DNA from: an uncultured Sulfolobales archaeon
GTDB lineage: Archaea; Thermoproteota; Thermoprotei_A; Sulfolobales; NBVN01
Assembly (NCBI GenBank): GCA_938045815.1
Contig: CALIBI010000007.1
Location: forward strand, 19,864 to 83,863
Direction: 5' to 3'
Length of the DNA stretch: 64,000 bases
A model generated the notes under the pieces. It did no database searches and was not told the DNA's origin. It saw only the letters and a program-made list of their open reading frames with translations. Below, in pieces: positions 1 through 9,738 of this stretch. How positions within the stretch are numbered: the stretch's first letter is position 1; each line of letters opens with the position of its first letter. The translations under genes and the position numbers were made by a program.

Positions 1-818
1 AAAGCTTCTATATAACCCTTAGTTAGCTTTGAGGACAGTCTCGATAAGTAATTCCTAAGTAAAACGTACGCTAATATTATCGACACTAACAAAGTAACGA
101 ATGATATAGGCAATGCTCTACGGAGAAATTCACTCACAGTTAATTGAGCTCTGAAAAACACGTATATCCCTATAGGATTACCTACCGGTAGTCCCATACT
201 GCCGGTATTAGTAGCTATGATAGCGAGCATTATTAGAGGTCTCACATCATATCTTGTTATTTTTCTTATGTCGAGAATTAACATGATAACGTAAACTATG
301 CTAGTTACTTCATCTATTACTAGAGACAAAAACCAAGCAAAGAAAGACAAGTATACTAGTAGTAGGTAAGGCGAGCCCTCACTTAAACTTAACATATTAA
401 TTGCTATATACTCGAATACTCTTAGCTTACGTAGTATGTAAGCGAAAGTCATGCTACCTATTAAGAAGAGAATTAGCCTCCATTCAATACCAGATATGAG
501 TTCTTGAGGAGGAACCACACCAGCAAAGATCAGTAAGACTACCGAAAGGAGAACAGCAAAATACCGCAACTTTACAGAAATTATTGTGAGACTCACTACT
601 AGCAAGAAAAGACCAAGTGATAAGACCTGATAATAGATACTGCTTGAGGAATTCAGCATCTCCTCACATGCAGTTAAAGTATAATTACCTCTTACACTAC
701 ACCAGAACCTAATTACTTCTTCTCCTAAGAAGGTGTGAGGTATTGATATTCTCATAAGTACGTACGAGAAGAGAAATAAACCAATAATAAGTATAAGCAC
801 CTTAAAAGAGAGCCTCAT
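1..818 (-). CDS. ArsB/NhaD/SLC13-type ion transporter (3' end runs off the window)
   Basis: Not in the ORF track. Manual translation from ATG at 818 (GGTG RBS upstream) gives MRLSFKVLILIIG...GIEWRLILFLIGSM...ATNTGSMGLPVGNPIGIY. It is hydrophobic and carries the ion-transporter superfamily 'N-x-GS-x3-P-x-GNP' motif. Confidence 0.75.
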   Translation of the reverse strand, partial: MRLSFKVLILIIGLFLFSYVLMRISIPHTFLGEEVIRFWCSVRGNYTLTACEEMLNSSSSIYYQVLSLGLFLLVVSLTIISVKLRYFAVLLSVVLLIFAGVVPPQELISGIEWRLILFLIGSMTFAYILRKLRVFEYIAINMLSLSEGSPYLLLVYLSFFAWFLSLVIDEVTSIVYVIMLILDIRKITRYDVRPLIMLAIIATNTGSMGLPVGNPIGIYVFFRAQLTVSEFLRRALPISFVTLLVSIILAYVLLRNYLSRLSSKLTKGYIEA

Positions 819-841
819 TAAAGACACCACAGTATTCTGGT

Positions 842-1351
842 TTACTTAGGTGGAGGCCATCTCCTATCAAAATATATGTTTTTAGACGTAGCTGAGAGAG
901 GTACTCCGAAAGCATAGTCAGCTTTAATTAGACCTAATTCTTGCGCGGCTACACCAACTGTAAACATTACTCTATTATCTACGTTGTGTAGTGATGATGT
1001 TTTAACAGCTGATCCTATTGCTATACCTAAGTTTACTAGGGAACATACTACGTTAGCATCAATCCCCCAATTCCTGGGGTTCTTGAGTCCTAGATCCACT
1101 ATCTTACTACCTATTAACACTACCGCAATACTGTTTCTCACGTTCTGAGAGTCTCTAAGGAAGAAATCACCAAATTCTTTCGAGAGTTCTTCCATTTTGC
1201 TAGCTAGTAACTCGAGTTCTTCCCTAGTATCAAGAATCTTAACCTCAATGTTATCTACGCCTCTAGCCTTTGGAGCTGTTCTAGCAGAGAGTGCCATCAT
1301 CTTGGCAACCTCGAGAACGCTTTCTCTTAAGGCCTCCTCAAACCCCATCAT
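842..1351 (-). CDS. DUF2148-family (nitroreductase-like/ferredoxin-associated) protein
   Basis: ARTAPKARGVDNI, NLGIAIGSA, DNRVMFTVG and KNIYFDR motifs. Confidence 0.7.
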   Translation of the reverse strand: MMGFEEALRESVLEVAKMMALSARTAPKARGVDNIEVKILDTREELELLASKMEELSKEFGDFFLRDSQNVRNSIAVVLIGSKIVDLGLKNPRNWGIDANVVCSLVNLGIAIGSAVKTSSLHNVDNRVMFTVGVAAQELGLIKADYAFGVPLSATSKNIYFDRRWPPPK

Positions 1352-1532
1352 TTGATCACACCGTATCTAGTTCGATAATCATATTTTAAATTATTTAATC
1401 TATACTTAGTCAGTATCTTCGTAGTAGTTACGTATTGTTTTCGCTTCTCTTATCTTAACTAGAGTAGTAACTAACTATTGTAAGTTAAAAAGATTCCTTA
1501 CTATTTCTCTTACGGGGTCTTGATTTAAGGCT

Positions 1533-2561
1533 ATGATTGAAGGTAGATTATACCAATCGTGTGTTGACCGAGAATCTATCATATGCTTAGTGTGCGAGAG
1601 AAGATGTTTGTTAAGAAAAAATATGAGAGGTCTTTGCGGGAATTACGTTAACGTAAACGGCAAACTATACTCGATAGGTTATGGGAGATTAAGCGCTGTT
1701 GAGAGCAGACCTATAGAAATAAAACCTTTCTTTCATTACTGGCCTAATAGTACAGCACTAACGTTTTCCGGTCTTGGATGTAATTTCTACTGTCCTTGGT
1801 GCCAGAATTACTTCCTGAGTTTCAGACATCCTAGTGACGAACCCCTAATAGAGCCTTCATACTTAGTTAGATTAGCTAAATCTTTAGGTGATGAGGGGCT
1901 CTCAGCAAGTTTTAATGAACCTACGATTAATTACGAATACTTACTAGATGTTGCTGCGCTAGCTAGGCGTGAAGGACTCTACTTAACCATAGTATCTAAC
2001 GGCTACCAGACCCCTGAAGCCCTGAAAGAATTAGTGGAAGCCGGGTTTGATGGTTGGAGCATAGACATAAAAGGATGTCCTAACATGAAGAGAGCACTGC
2101 CTAACATAGATCACGGCAAGATCTTCAGGAACGCGAAACTAGTTCTTAATACTGGAGGGCATGTAGAGATGGTTTACTTAGTAGTAACTAGGACTAACGA
2201 TAGTGATGAATGTGTGGAATGGATTATAAACAAGCATATAAGTGAGTTAGGGTTCTATACCCCTCTACACGTGAATAGATACTACCCAGCACATAGATGG
2301 AAAGAAGAACAAACCCCCTTAAAGAAGCTTCTAGAGATACGTGATAAAGCTAGGAAAGAAGGGATAGAGTACGTGTACGTAGGTAACACCGGAATCCCCG
2401 AACTTGAGGCAACTAAATGCCCTAAATGCGGCAAAACCCTCATAACACGCTACAACTACAGAGTAATTGAGTTTAAACTACTGAGGAACGGAGATATTTA
2501 TAAGTGTCCTCGATGTGGTACCCGAATACCGATTAAAGGTAACTACATAGCAGGTAAATAG
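1533..2561 (+). CDS. Radical SAM enzyme, AmmeMemoRadiSam (AmrS)/PflX-like
   Basis: N-terminal CxxCxxxC...C, PIEIKPFFHY, radical SAM CNFYCPWC, YVYVGN and C-terminal CPKC...CPRC zinc ribbon. Confidence 0.8.
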   Translation: MIEGRLYQSCVDRESIICLVCERRCLLRKNMRGLCGNYVNVNGKLYSIGYGRLSAVESRPIEIKPFFHYWPNSTALTFSGLGCNFYCPWCQNYFLSFRHPSDEPLIEPSYLVRLAKSLGDEGLSASFNEPTINYEYLLDVAALARREGLYLTIVSNGYQTPEALKELVEAGFDGWSIDIKGCPNMKRALPNIDHGKIFRNAKLVLNTGGHVEMVYLVVTRTNDSDECVEWIINKHISELGFYTPLHVNRYYPAHRWKEEQTPLKKLLEIRDKARKEGIEYVYVGNTGIPELEATKCPKCGKTLITRYNYRVIEFKLLRNGDIYKCPRCGTRIPIKGNYIAGK

Positions 2562-2628
2562 CGGGTGTAGTTCTCCTAACGTAATATAAGATTAGTAGCT
2601 GTTATTTAGATAAGGTGGTGAAGAAGTA

Positions 2629-3591
2629 ATTGATGTAGTAGTTTTAGATAAGAGATTTTCTTTCGGATCAGCCCCAACCAATACCGAGCTTGGAAGACTG
2701 AGTAAGGAGTATACGCATGTGGTTGCTCTAACGTATCCTCACGAAGTTAAGTATGATGTAAATTCGTTAAAAAACTTTGGTGTCGAGGTGTTAGAAGTTC
2801 CAGTTCCTGACTTCAGGTCTCCGCCATTACTAGACTTAATACTTATAGTTGAGTGGATTTTAGACAAGATTAGCTCAGGAGGTAGAGTATATGTTCACTG
2901 TGTTGGAGGTTACGGGAGATCCGCGACAGCAGCCGCCGCATACCTTATTCGCAAGTATGGAAAAGACTGGTTAGAATCTGTTGATCGGGTAAGGAAACTT
3001 AGGAAGGGGTCTCTAGAGTCTGTTGAGCAACTCTCTGTGTTGAAGGCCTACGACACCTTACTAAGGTTTTTGGGTCCCGCTGAATTTCTGAATTCACTTG
3101 AATGCTCAGATAAACAAATTAGAAACCATGTATCGAAGATACTGCAAGTAGCTCTCAAAAATTCTGACGTCATAGCGTCACTCGCTAAGATACCTCAGAA
3201 CGTACTTATTCAGGAATTACTAAATAATGTTAATAATTACCTTAATTCTCGGAAACTAGGGTGTGTTTTTACGAGACTCCCGATATTGAGTAACGTAAGC
3301 TTATCTATGAGTTATGAGTTAGTGAGTCTAATCAAAATATATGCTGAGTTATCCATAGCTGTTGATGAGTTAAGAAACCAGTGTGTTGAGGATCTAGAGA
3401 TAGATGTCAGAGAAAACAATTTAGTTGAAGCAGTGCTTTACTGTAGTACTGACTCTATTTCTTCATGCGGCTTGATTAAAGAGCGTGTAGAGAGCTTACT
3501 TTCTAGAATGTGTGAGATGCTTAACTGCAGAGTTAAGACCGTAAAAATAGACTTCCCGAATATCCTACCGAGATCCCTTGAACTAAGGTGA
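2629..3591 (+). CDS. Dual-specificity/tyrosine protein phosphatase with C-terminal extension (ORF track starts at 2719; extended start inferred)
   Basis: HCVGGYGRS (HCx5R) P-loop and VPDF general-acid loop. The frame is open upstream to a TAA at 2611, and GGTGGTG RBS at 2614-2620 precedes an ATT at 2629. Confidence 0.8.
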   Translation: MDVVVLDKRFSFGSAPTNTELGRLSKEYTHVVALTYPHEVKYDVNSLKNFGVEVLEVPVPDFRSPPLLDLILIVEWILDKISSGGRVYVHCVGGYGRSATAAAAYLIRKYGKDWLESVDRVRKLRKGSLESVEQLSVLKAYDTLLRFLGPAEFLNSLECSDKQIRNHVSKILQVALKNSDVIASLAKIPQNVLIQELLNNVNNYLNSRKLGCVFTRLPILSNVSLSMSYELVSLIKIYAELSIAVDELRNQCVEDLEIDVRENNLVEAVLYCSTDSISSCGLIKERVESLLSRMCEMLNCRVKTVKIDFPNILPRSLELR

Positions 3592-5019
3592 GTATTTTCT
3601 AAGACCTTCAGCTCCGTTAATGAATGAGTACGCTCTAAATCCTTTCTGACGCATTTTTAAAGCCTCAACATAGCTTCTATTTCCTTTATCACAATATAGA
3701 ACTAAAGTCTTATCTTTTAATTCTTCTAAGTTGACCTCTTCGTGATGTAGAGCTCCCGGATAATGCCACTCAAGATACGCGTCTAAATCGCGAAGATCTA
3801 TTACTACCGAGTTCTCAGGTATGTGATCAATAACAACAGTCTTATCAGGTATTACGTCATCAAGACTGGAAGTCCTAACCTCAAGAATCTTGAGCGTGCT
3901 CAGTATCTTGGTTATTAGGTCTTCAGGAATTTTCGTGAATTCATCACGTAATTCCTCAACAGACATCTTAGTTCTGACACGTGAGGGAGCTATTGAACAA
4001 GGCTCACCCACCATAGATGATATCTCGTAAGTACCTATCCTCCTAGCAAGGATTATTATCTCTTCTTTATCGAGACCTATGAGTGGTCTCAGGACGGGGA
4101 GCTGTAAGCCAGACACTACATGAGCAGCGCTCAAGTTAGCTAGTGTCTGACTTGATGTCTGACCGATAGACTCACCCGTTATTACGGCGTCATAACTCCT
4201 TGTAGCTATTTTAGACGCTAGATAATACATTAACGTTTTCAGAACTACCTGCCTAAACTCACACTTCACGTTGGTTTTGATGTAGTCTAGTGCTTGTGTT
4301 AAGTCGATTACGTAGAATCTTGGGTTATGGCCGTAGAACCAGTTATAGGTGAGTGTCTTAGCTACTGTGAAAGCTAGGCGAGTTGCGCTGGGAGAACCCA
4401 TAAAGAAGTGAAGAAAATCGATTCTAACCCCCCTCTTAGCAGCGAGCCACGCAGCAACAGGTGAATCCATCCCACCAGAAAACAATGAGAGCGCACGCCC
4501 TTCAGTACCTATGGGTAGACCTCCTACCCCAGCAATCAATTTCTTGTAGAAGTATGCTGTGGGACCCCTAATCTCCACGTGAATCTCGACTTCAGGATTT
4601 TCGAGATCAACTCCTGCTGAGTAAGGTTTCAGGAAAGCACCTAATTCCCTAGCCACATCAAGTGATGTAAACTCATGAGTACCGAATCTCTTAACTCTAA
4701 CAGCAAACTTCTTATTAGTAACTAGGCCTATTGCTTTTTCACCAACCTTACTAACTAGGTCTTTTAAGTCACTAAAGTTTATTAAATCAACCTCACCTAT
4801 CTTCATCACACCGAAAACTTTACTCAGGTCTTCTAATACGTCTATATTAGACTCCAGGAATATTTTAGCGTTGATGATTTTGAAACTATAGTTGGTAGAA
4901 CCATACTCTCGAAGAACCTCGCTTATGTTCTTAATTAAGACTCTATAGAATTTTGGTCTACTACGCCAAGACTTAATAGGGAGTTCCCCGGAAACAGTTA
5001 TTAAGTATTTGTATGTCAC
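3583..5019 (-). CDS. thiI: tRNA 4-thiouridine synthase ThiI (THUMP + PP-loop + C-terminal rhodanese)
   Basis: THUMP region (FAVRVKR...VDLENPE), SGGMDS PP-loop, TGESIGQTSSQTL, LRPLIGLDKEEII and rhodanese LYCDKGNRS. Confidence 0.92.
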   Translation of the reverse strand: MTYKYLITVSGELPIKSWRSRPKFYRVLIKNISEVLREYGSTNYSFKIINAKIFLESNIDVLEDLSKVFGVMKIGEVDLINFSDLKDLVSKVGEKAIGLVTNKKFAVRVKRFGTHEFTSLDVARELGAFLKPYSAGVDLENPEVEIHVEIRGPTAYFYKKLIAGVGGLPIGTEGRALSLFSGGMDSPVAAWLAAKRGVRIDFLHFFMGSPSATRLAFTVAKTLTYNWFYGHNPRFYVIDLTQALDYIKTNVKCEFRQVVLKTLMYYLASKIATRSYDAVITGESIGQTSSQTLANLSAAHVVSGLQLPVLRPLIGLDKEEIIILARRIGTYEISSMVGEPCSIAPSRVRTKMSVEELRDEFTKIPEDLITKILSTLKILEVRTSSLDDVIPDKTVVIDHIPENSVVIDLRDLDAYLEWHYPGALHHEEVNLEELKDKTLVLYCDKGNRSYVEALKMRQKGFRAYSFINGAEGLRKYSP

Positions 5020-5046
5020 TTGTTTTATTCCCGACTAAGTAGTAGA

Positions 5047-5973
5047 TTAAACACCTAAAACTTCTTTAAGTAGTGCTGCTCTGACATACATGCCGTTCTG
5101 AGCTTGCTCAAAATACTTAGCTTGCGGTAACGCGTCAACGTCAGTCGTTATTTCCCATACTCTAGGCAGGGGATGCATTATTATCGGGATCTTCCTATGT
5201 TTTTCTAGTAAGTTTCTCGTGATTACGTAAGAGCCCTTAAGTCTCTCGTACTCTTGCGGGTCTTCAAACCTCTCTTTCTGTAGTCTAGTAACGTAGAGTA
5301 CATCGAGCTTCTCCATCACTTCCTCAACGTTCTCGACTAAGTAGTAGTTAAGCTTCCCCTCAATCTTCTTAGTTATTTCTTCCCTAACCTGAAGTTGTTT
5401 CGGTGCTATGTAGTAAATCGTTATGTCGTTAAATCTTGTAAGCATGTAGGAGAGTGATGGTATTGTTCTACCGTACTTTAAGTCCCCCATGATCCCTACG
5501 GTAAGACCGTCCACCCTACCGAATTCTCTCCATATAGTGTAGACGTCGAGCAACGCTTGCGTTGGGTGCTCGTTTGTTCCATCACCACCGCTTATTATTG
5601 GAGCTTTAACGAAGTCTTTGACATTATGCGGGAAGAAGGGTTTGCTATGTCTTATTATTATGACGTCAGGTCCGTAACCATCTAGTATCCGCATAGTGTC
5701 TTCTTCGGTCTCTCCTTTCCTGAGGCTAGAGACTTCCTCTATAAAGTCTATCACTAATCCTCCTAACCTAGTCATAGCGAACTGAAAACTTATTTTGGTT
5801 CTCGTGCTAGGCTCAAAGAATGCTGTAATCATTACCTTACCTCTAGCGTAGTCTAAGGTACCCTTACTATCTATTTCTTTCCTAAGTTCCTCCGCAAGCT
5901 CGAATAACCTGAAAAGATCACTCCTCTCGAAATCGAAAGCTGAAACTATGTCCTTTCCTCTCAAGGAACTCAT
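5047..5973 (-). CDS. pyrB: Aspartate carbamoyltransferase catalytic subunit
   Basis: FFEPSTRT, HPTQALLD, GDLKYGRT, RLQKER and HPLPR. Confidence 0.95.
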   Translation of the reverse strand: MSSLRGKDIVSAFDFERSDLFRLFELAEELRKEIDSKGTLDYARGKVMITAFFEPSTRTKISFQFAMTRLGGLVIDFIEEVSSLRKGETEEDTMRILDGYGPDVIIIRHSKPFFPHNVKDFVKAPIISGGDGTNEHPTQALLDVYTIWREFGRVDGLTVGIMGDLKYGRTIPSLSYMLTRFNDITIYYIAPKQLQVREEITKKIEGKLNYYLVENVEEVMEKLDVLYVTRLQKERFEDPQEYERLKGSYVITRNLLEKHRKIPIIMHPLPRVWEITTDVDALPQAKYFEQAQNGMYVRAALLKEVLGV

Positions 5974-6216
5974 GACTCACCACACATAGATCTTGGTTCA
6001 GAATTAAATAACCTTTACTAAACCGTTACTTAACCAAATCCTCAAACCCTAAATATTCTGACTAGTCATTGGAAAGATGTCACGACTGAAGAATGACCTT
6101 TCAGGCAGCTTTAGAACCCTACAGAGAAGTTCAGTGATTTTCACAGCGATGTGTTGGGTGAGGCTGGGTGAAAGCCTTAGATTTATAAGATTATTACGAC
6201 TACAATGGTGTTATTA

Positions 6217-6700
6217 ATGATTCTTGAGAAAGCCATCGCCAAGCTCTTCAGGATGAATGAGAAGAAGTTCAAGAAGCACTCGAACCTATGGAGCAGGTGT
6301 ACCCGCCTTCCTCTCCTAGTGCCACTCACACCTGCTGTGTGAAGCAGAGCTTGAATAGGATGGCGGGCAGTAGTTCTTGTGGCAGTAGTCCTCACGTGGG
6401 TGTGGGTCAATCCCTACATCTTCCCGGAACCTAAGAAGATTGATACATGGTTCTTTAGAAGAGTTCTTGGCGAGTGGGTGTGGATTAAACGAGACAAATG
6501 AAATACCTAAACACCATCGCAGAACACCAAAGATCTTGAGGACAGTCACGGCAGTCAGGATCGCGCCGTACATGTGGGTCTCGTGTTTTTAGATCCTTGG
6601 CCCACAATATCGGCTGGTTCTGATGGTCCTTGGTAAGCTCTAGTTCGTTGATAGGATGGTATGACTCTACGAAGACGTGAAAGATAAAGTGCAGTTTTGA
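6217..6700 (+). pseudogene. Decayed DUF6653-like membrane protein
   Basis: Reconstructed as MILEKAIAKLFRMNEKKFKKHSNLWSRCTR...V*SRA*IGW...WVNPYIFPEP...VLGEWVW...DPWPT...LGKL*FVDRMV*LYED. Stops at 6340, 6352, 6641 and 6662, plus about 3 frameshifts. The family was recognised from memory. Confidence 0.7.
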
Positions 6701-7018
6701 ATCCCTTGAAAATCTAAATAAAGCTTAGGTATTATTACGTAGCCGTGTGCAGTGATCTTAGTGAGTGTCGTGACGGATGGGTTGGTAGGGAGGGGCTTAT
6801 TTAGAAGAGCTTTAACGTTAGGAGGTTAGAGATCCACCTACTCTTCAAGATTCCGCGGGATTTCGACATCCTCACTCAGCCACCACTTAATATATGCCTG
6901 AAGATCTTCAGGCCTGAGACGTAGGTACATCCACCTATCAGGAGTTGCTGTAACGCCCGGACAAGAAGAAGTTAAGGGGATTGAGGACGTGAAAGGCCCT
7001 AACCAGGGGGTATTCTGT

Positions 7019-8332
7019 CTAAGGTATGTGGAAGTACTTCGTGTAGGATATGTAGTAGCCGGCAACTATGGCTGTCCCTATCACTCCGGCAACATTTGGT
7101 GCTAACGCGTGAAAGAGCACGTAGGTGGATGGGTCTACTGACTGAGCTTCTCTTTGAGCTACTCTAGCGGATATGGGTACGGCGGAAACACCTGCACAAC
7201 CTATAACAGGGTTTACTTTACCTTTAGTTACTATGTTGAGTAACCACGCAAAAGCTATACCACCAACCGTGGATACCGCGAAAGCTACTAAACCGAGACC
7301 GAGAATAATGAATGCCTTACCTATGAAGGCTAAGTACGCTTCAGCTGTCTGAACCTCCACGAATTGACCTAAGAAATCGTAGGAGAGAGTTGACCCGACA
7401 CCAATCATTGTTAATATGGTTGCTGTGTCTAGGAGGGGGTCTGCTATAGTCTTACCATACCTTGCAACAACCTCGCTAATTCCTGATTCCTTCACGATAT
7501 TACCTAGAGCTAGAGCAGCTACTAGAGGTAACGCTGCCGGCACTAAGAACGTAATTACTAGGAGCACTATGATCCAGAAAATTATTATCTCGTTTGAAGA
7601 CACTTCCCTAGGCTTAGGCATCTTCAGGCCTCTAACTCTACGAGGTACGAGTGCTCTAACTATGGGTGGCTGTATTATGGGTACTAAAGCTATGTAGCTG
7701 TAAACAGCTATGGTTAGGGGTCCTATAAGGTTGGGAGCTATGTTTGTTGCAGTGTATATGGTTGTTGGGCCGTCAGCACCACCCACGACACCGATAGCCA
7801 TAGATTCCGGTAACGTGAAAAGACCTGTAGTCAGAGCTATTAAGGTCACTACAGTAATACCTAACTGTGCAGCTGAACCTATTAAAGCACCTACTGGGTA
7901 GGAGAGCAAAGGTCTAAAATCCGACAGAGCTCCTATACCAACGAAGATGAGTATAGGTCCTATCTCCGTTCTAATGATCAGGTGGTAAATCCACGCTAGA
8001 AGAGCTGTTGATTCGGGCGCGCAAACCCTAATCACGGAACCCGCACTCGTTGAGATATTGAATACTTGAACTAGTCCTGAAAAACTGCTTAAGCCGCTAC
8101 TCACGAACTCGTCAGTTGTGAAAGATTCACACACGTACTTAGCTAAATGTAGGGCTGGGGCGTTAGCTAGGATCATTCCAATACCTAGTGGAATCATTAG
8201 TAGGGGCTCCACTTTCTTAAGACCTAAAATAAGTAGGACAAACCCCCACACCATGAATAACAATCTAATAAAGAGCTCTACAGGGTTTCCTAACTGAAGA
8301 CCTGGCAGGATGAGTGAGAGATCTATGCTCAT
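7019..8332 (-). CDS. Sodium-translocating decarboxylase beta subunit (OadB/MmdB/GcdB family)
   Basis: EPLLMIPLGIGMILAN, GSAAQLGI, GVVGGADGPTTIY, YSYIALVPIIQPP, GVSAVP and PNVAGVIGTA. Confidence 0.92.
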   Translation of the reverse strand: MSIDLSLILPGLQLGNPVELFIRLLFMVWGFVLLILGLKKVEPLLMIPLGIGMILANAPALHLAKYVCESFTTDEFVSSGLSSFSGLVQVFNISTSAGSVIRVCAPESTALLAWIYHLIIRTEIGPILIFVGIGALSDFRPLLSYPVGALIGSAAQLGITVVTLIALTTGLFTLPESMAIGVVGGADGPTTIYTATNIAPNLIGPLTIAVYSYIALVPIIQPPIVRALVPRRVRGLKMPKPREVSSNEIIIFWIIVLLVITFLVPAALPLVAALALGNIVKESGISEVVARYGKTIADPLLDTATILTMIGVGSTLSYDFLGQFVEVQTAEAYLAFIGKAFIILGLGLVAFAVSTVGGIAFAWLLNIVTKGKVNPVIGCAGVSAVPISARVAQREAQSVDPSTYVLFHALAPNVAGVIGTAIVAGYYISYTKYFHIP

Positions 8333-8449
8333 ATCGCCTCACTATGTAGAAGTTAATGTTAAGCTTATAAAAACGTAGGTTCTTATACGGGACAAGAGTT
8401 GAAGACTCTTCTACGTGTGATAAGCTATCTTAGTAATAGTCCTCTATAC

Positions 8450-9646
8450 TCATGAGCTAGTCTTAATTACAGCTCTCGAAGAAACTAGAGTTGTTACTAA
8501 TATGGAAGCTAGAGTTGTTGGTAAGCCTCCTAAAGCTATTAAATAACCAGATGTTAAAGCACCCACCATGCTTGAGAACTCAGATACTATAGAGTAAGTT
8601 GACGGGTTACTAGCTAGTGATGCTTCTATATATAGAGAGTAAAGCTTAGCGTCTAGAACTACGTTGAATAAGTAAGTTAATGCTAAAGCGATTATTAATT
8701 CATGATTACGTGTTAGGAGAGAACTCACAAAGAAAGCCATAACTAAGAGTCTCAACATTAACACTGTTACTGCTAGTCTCCTACTAAAGTAGCTAGGAAA
8801 GAAATACAAAGAAATAGAAGCCGCTATCTTCGCGAGGCCGTAAATAGCTAGTACAGACTCACTACTCAATCCTAAGATTCTGAGAAGTATGAATGCTAAT
8901 GGAGTGAAAAAGAAAGAATTGCTTAATCTGAAACCAGCAACAGACATTAGAACCTCACCAACAGTAAGAGTGTGTCGAGTCTCTAACATGTACGAAAGTA
9001 TTCTCGCTTTAGAAGGAACGTAAAGTGGTTCATAACCTATAGACGAAAGAATACTGACTGATGAAAGCGATGAGTTGAGGTTTTTCTCTATCCTAAATAT
9101 GTCTCTAGAGAAAGATAACTTGCCAGACGGCATGAACAGAAATAAAAGAGTGCCTGTCGCGAGGAAGACAACCGAAAAAACAGTTCTTGAGTTAATCAGG
9201 GATGCTAACGTAAATAAGGAAGTTCCGTAAAGAAAAATCCCATCAAAAAACATGGAGAATTGGAAGAACACCCTGTTAGTGTCATTCCATTCCTCGCTCT
9301 CCAAACTATTAAGAATGGTTACTGAGATACTATTCCTAATCAAGGCAACACTAAGTGAGTGGAGTATTTGAGAAATAACAAGATAGTAGAAGTTCTCAGG
9401 CGTGAATAAGAAAGTGAAGAGCAGTAACGTAGCTAATATCGAGAGAACTACTAGAGGTCTAGAACCTTTGTTCTCGGCAACTCTTGAAGCAATTCTTGAA
9501 GCTACTATATACACAAAAATCCACAAACCATTAAGTAGTCCTAAAGTAATAGCATCGACTCTGTAATAATTAATAGCTATTAAATCAATAACTACATCAG
9601 TAAGCCCTAAAAACGCAACAAACATTGATGAGAGCAGTAACCACAC
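8450..9646 (-). CDS. MFS-like membrane transporter
   Basis: 398 aa with about 11-12 hydrophobic segments in two halves; GGAGGAG RBS upstream. Confidence 0.6.
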   Translation of the reverse strand: MWLLLSSMFVAFLGLTDVVIDLIAINYYRVDAITLGLLNGLWIFVYIVASRIASRVAENKGSRPLVVLSILATLLLFTFLFTPENFYYLVISQILHSLSVALIRNSISVTILNSLESEEWNDTNRVFFQFSMFFDGIFLYGTSLFTLASLINSRTVFSVVFLATGTLLFLFMPSGKLSFSRDIFRIEKNLNSSLSSVSILSSIGYEPLYVPSKARILSYMLETRHTLTVGEVLMSVAGFRLSNSFFFTPLAFILLRILGLSSESVLAIYGLAKIAASISLYFFPSYFSRRLAVTVLMLRLLVMAFFVSSLLTRNHELIIALALTYLFNVVLDAKLYSLYIEASLASNPSTYSIVSEFSSMVGALTSGYLIALGGLPTTLASILVTTLVSSRAVIKTSS

Positions 9647-9738
9647 TGGTTATTACTCCTCCTTAATAGATCTGGAAATCCTAAACCTTTTAAGAGTTTT
9701 TCCCTGACGGGGATCTTTTACCTAGCGAATAATGTAGG

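Noticed and set aside
5047..5973. Ornithine carbamoyltransferase, which would complete an arginine deiminase pathway with 24062..24859
   Set aside because: RLQKER and HPLPR are ATCase signatures; OTC would show SMG and HCLP.
6183..6573. ORFs 6183..6410 and 6316..6573 on the minus strand
   Set aside because: They are antisense shadows of the plus-strand pseudogene at 6217-6700.
6217..6700. TGA-as-Trp recoding (alternative genetic code)
   Set aside because: One stop is TAG, frameshifts are also present, TGG is used normally and TGA terminates many intact genes in the window.
6838..7065. 75-aa ORF and the 18-bp palindrome GCCTGAAGATCTTCAGGC (6896-6913)
   Set aside because: The ORF overlaps the decarboxylase gene end and has no recognisable family. 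A single palindrome with 9-bp arms is not unexpected by chance in 64 kb.
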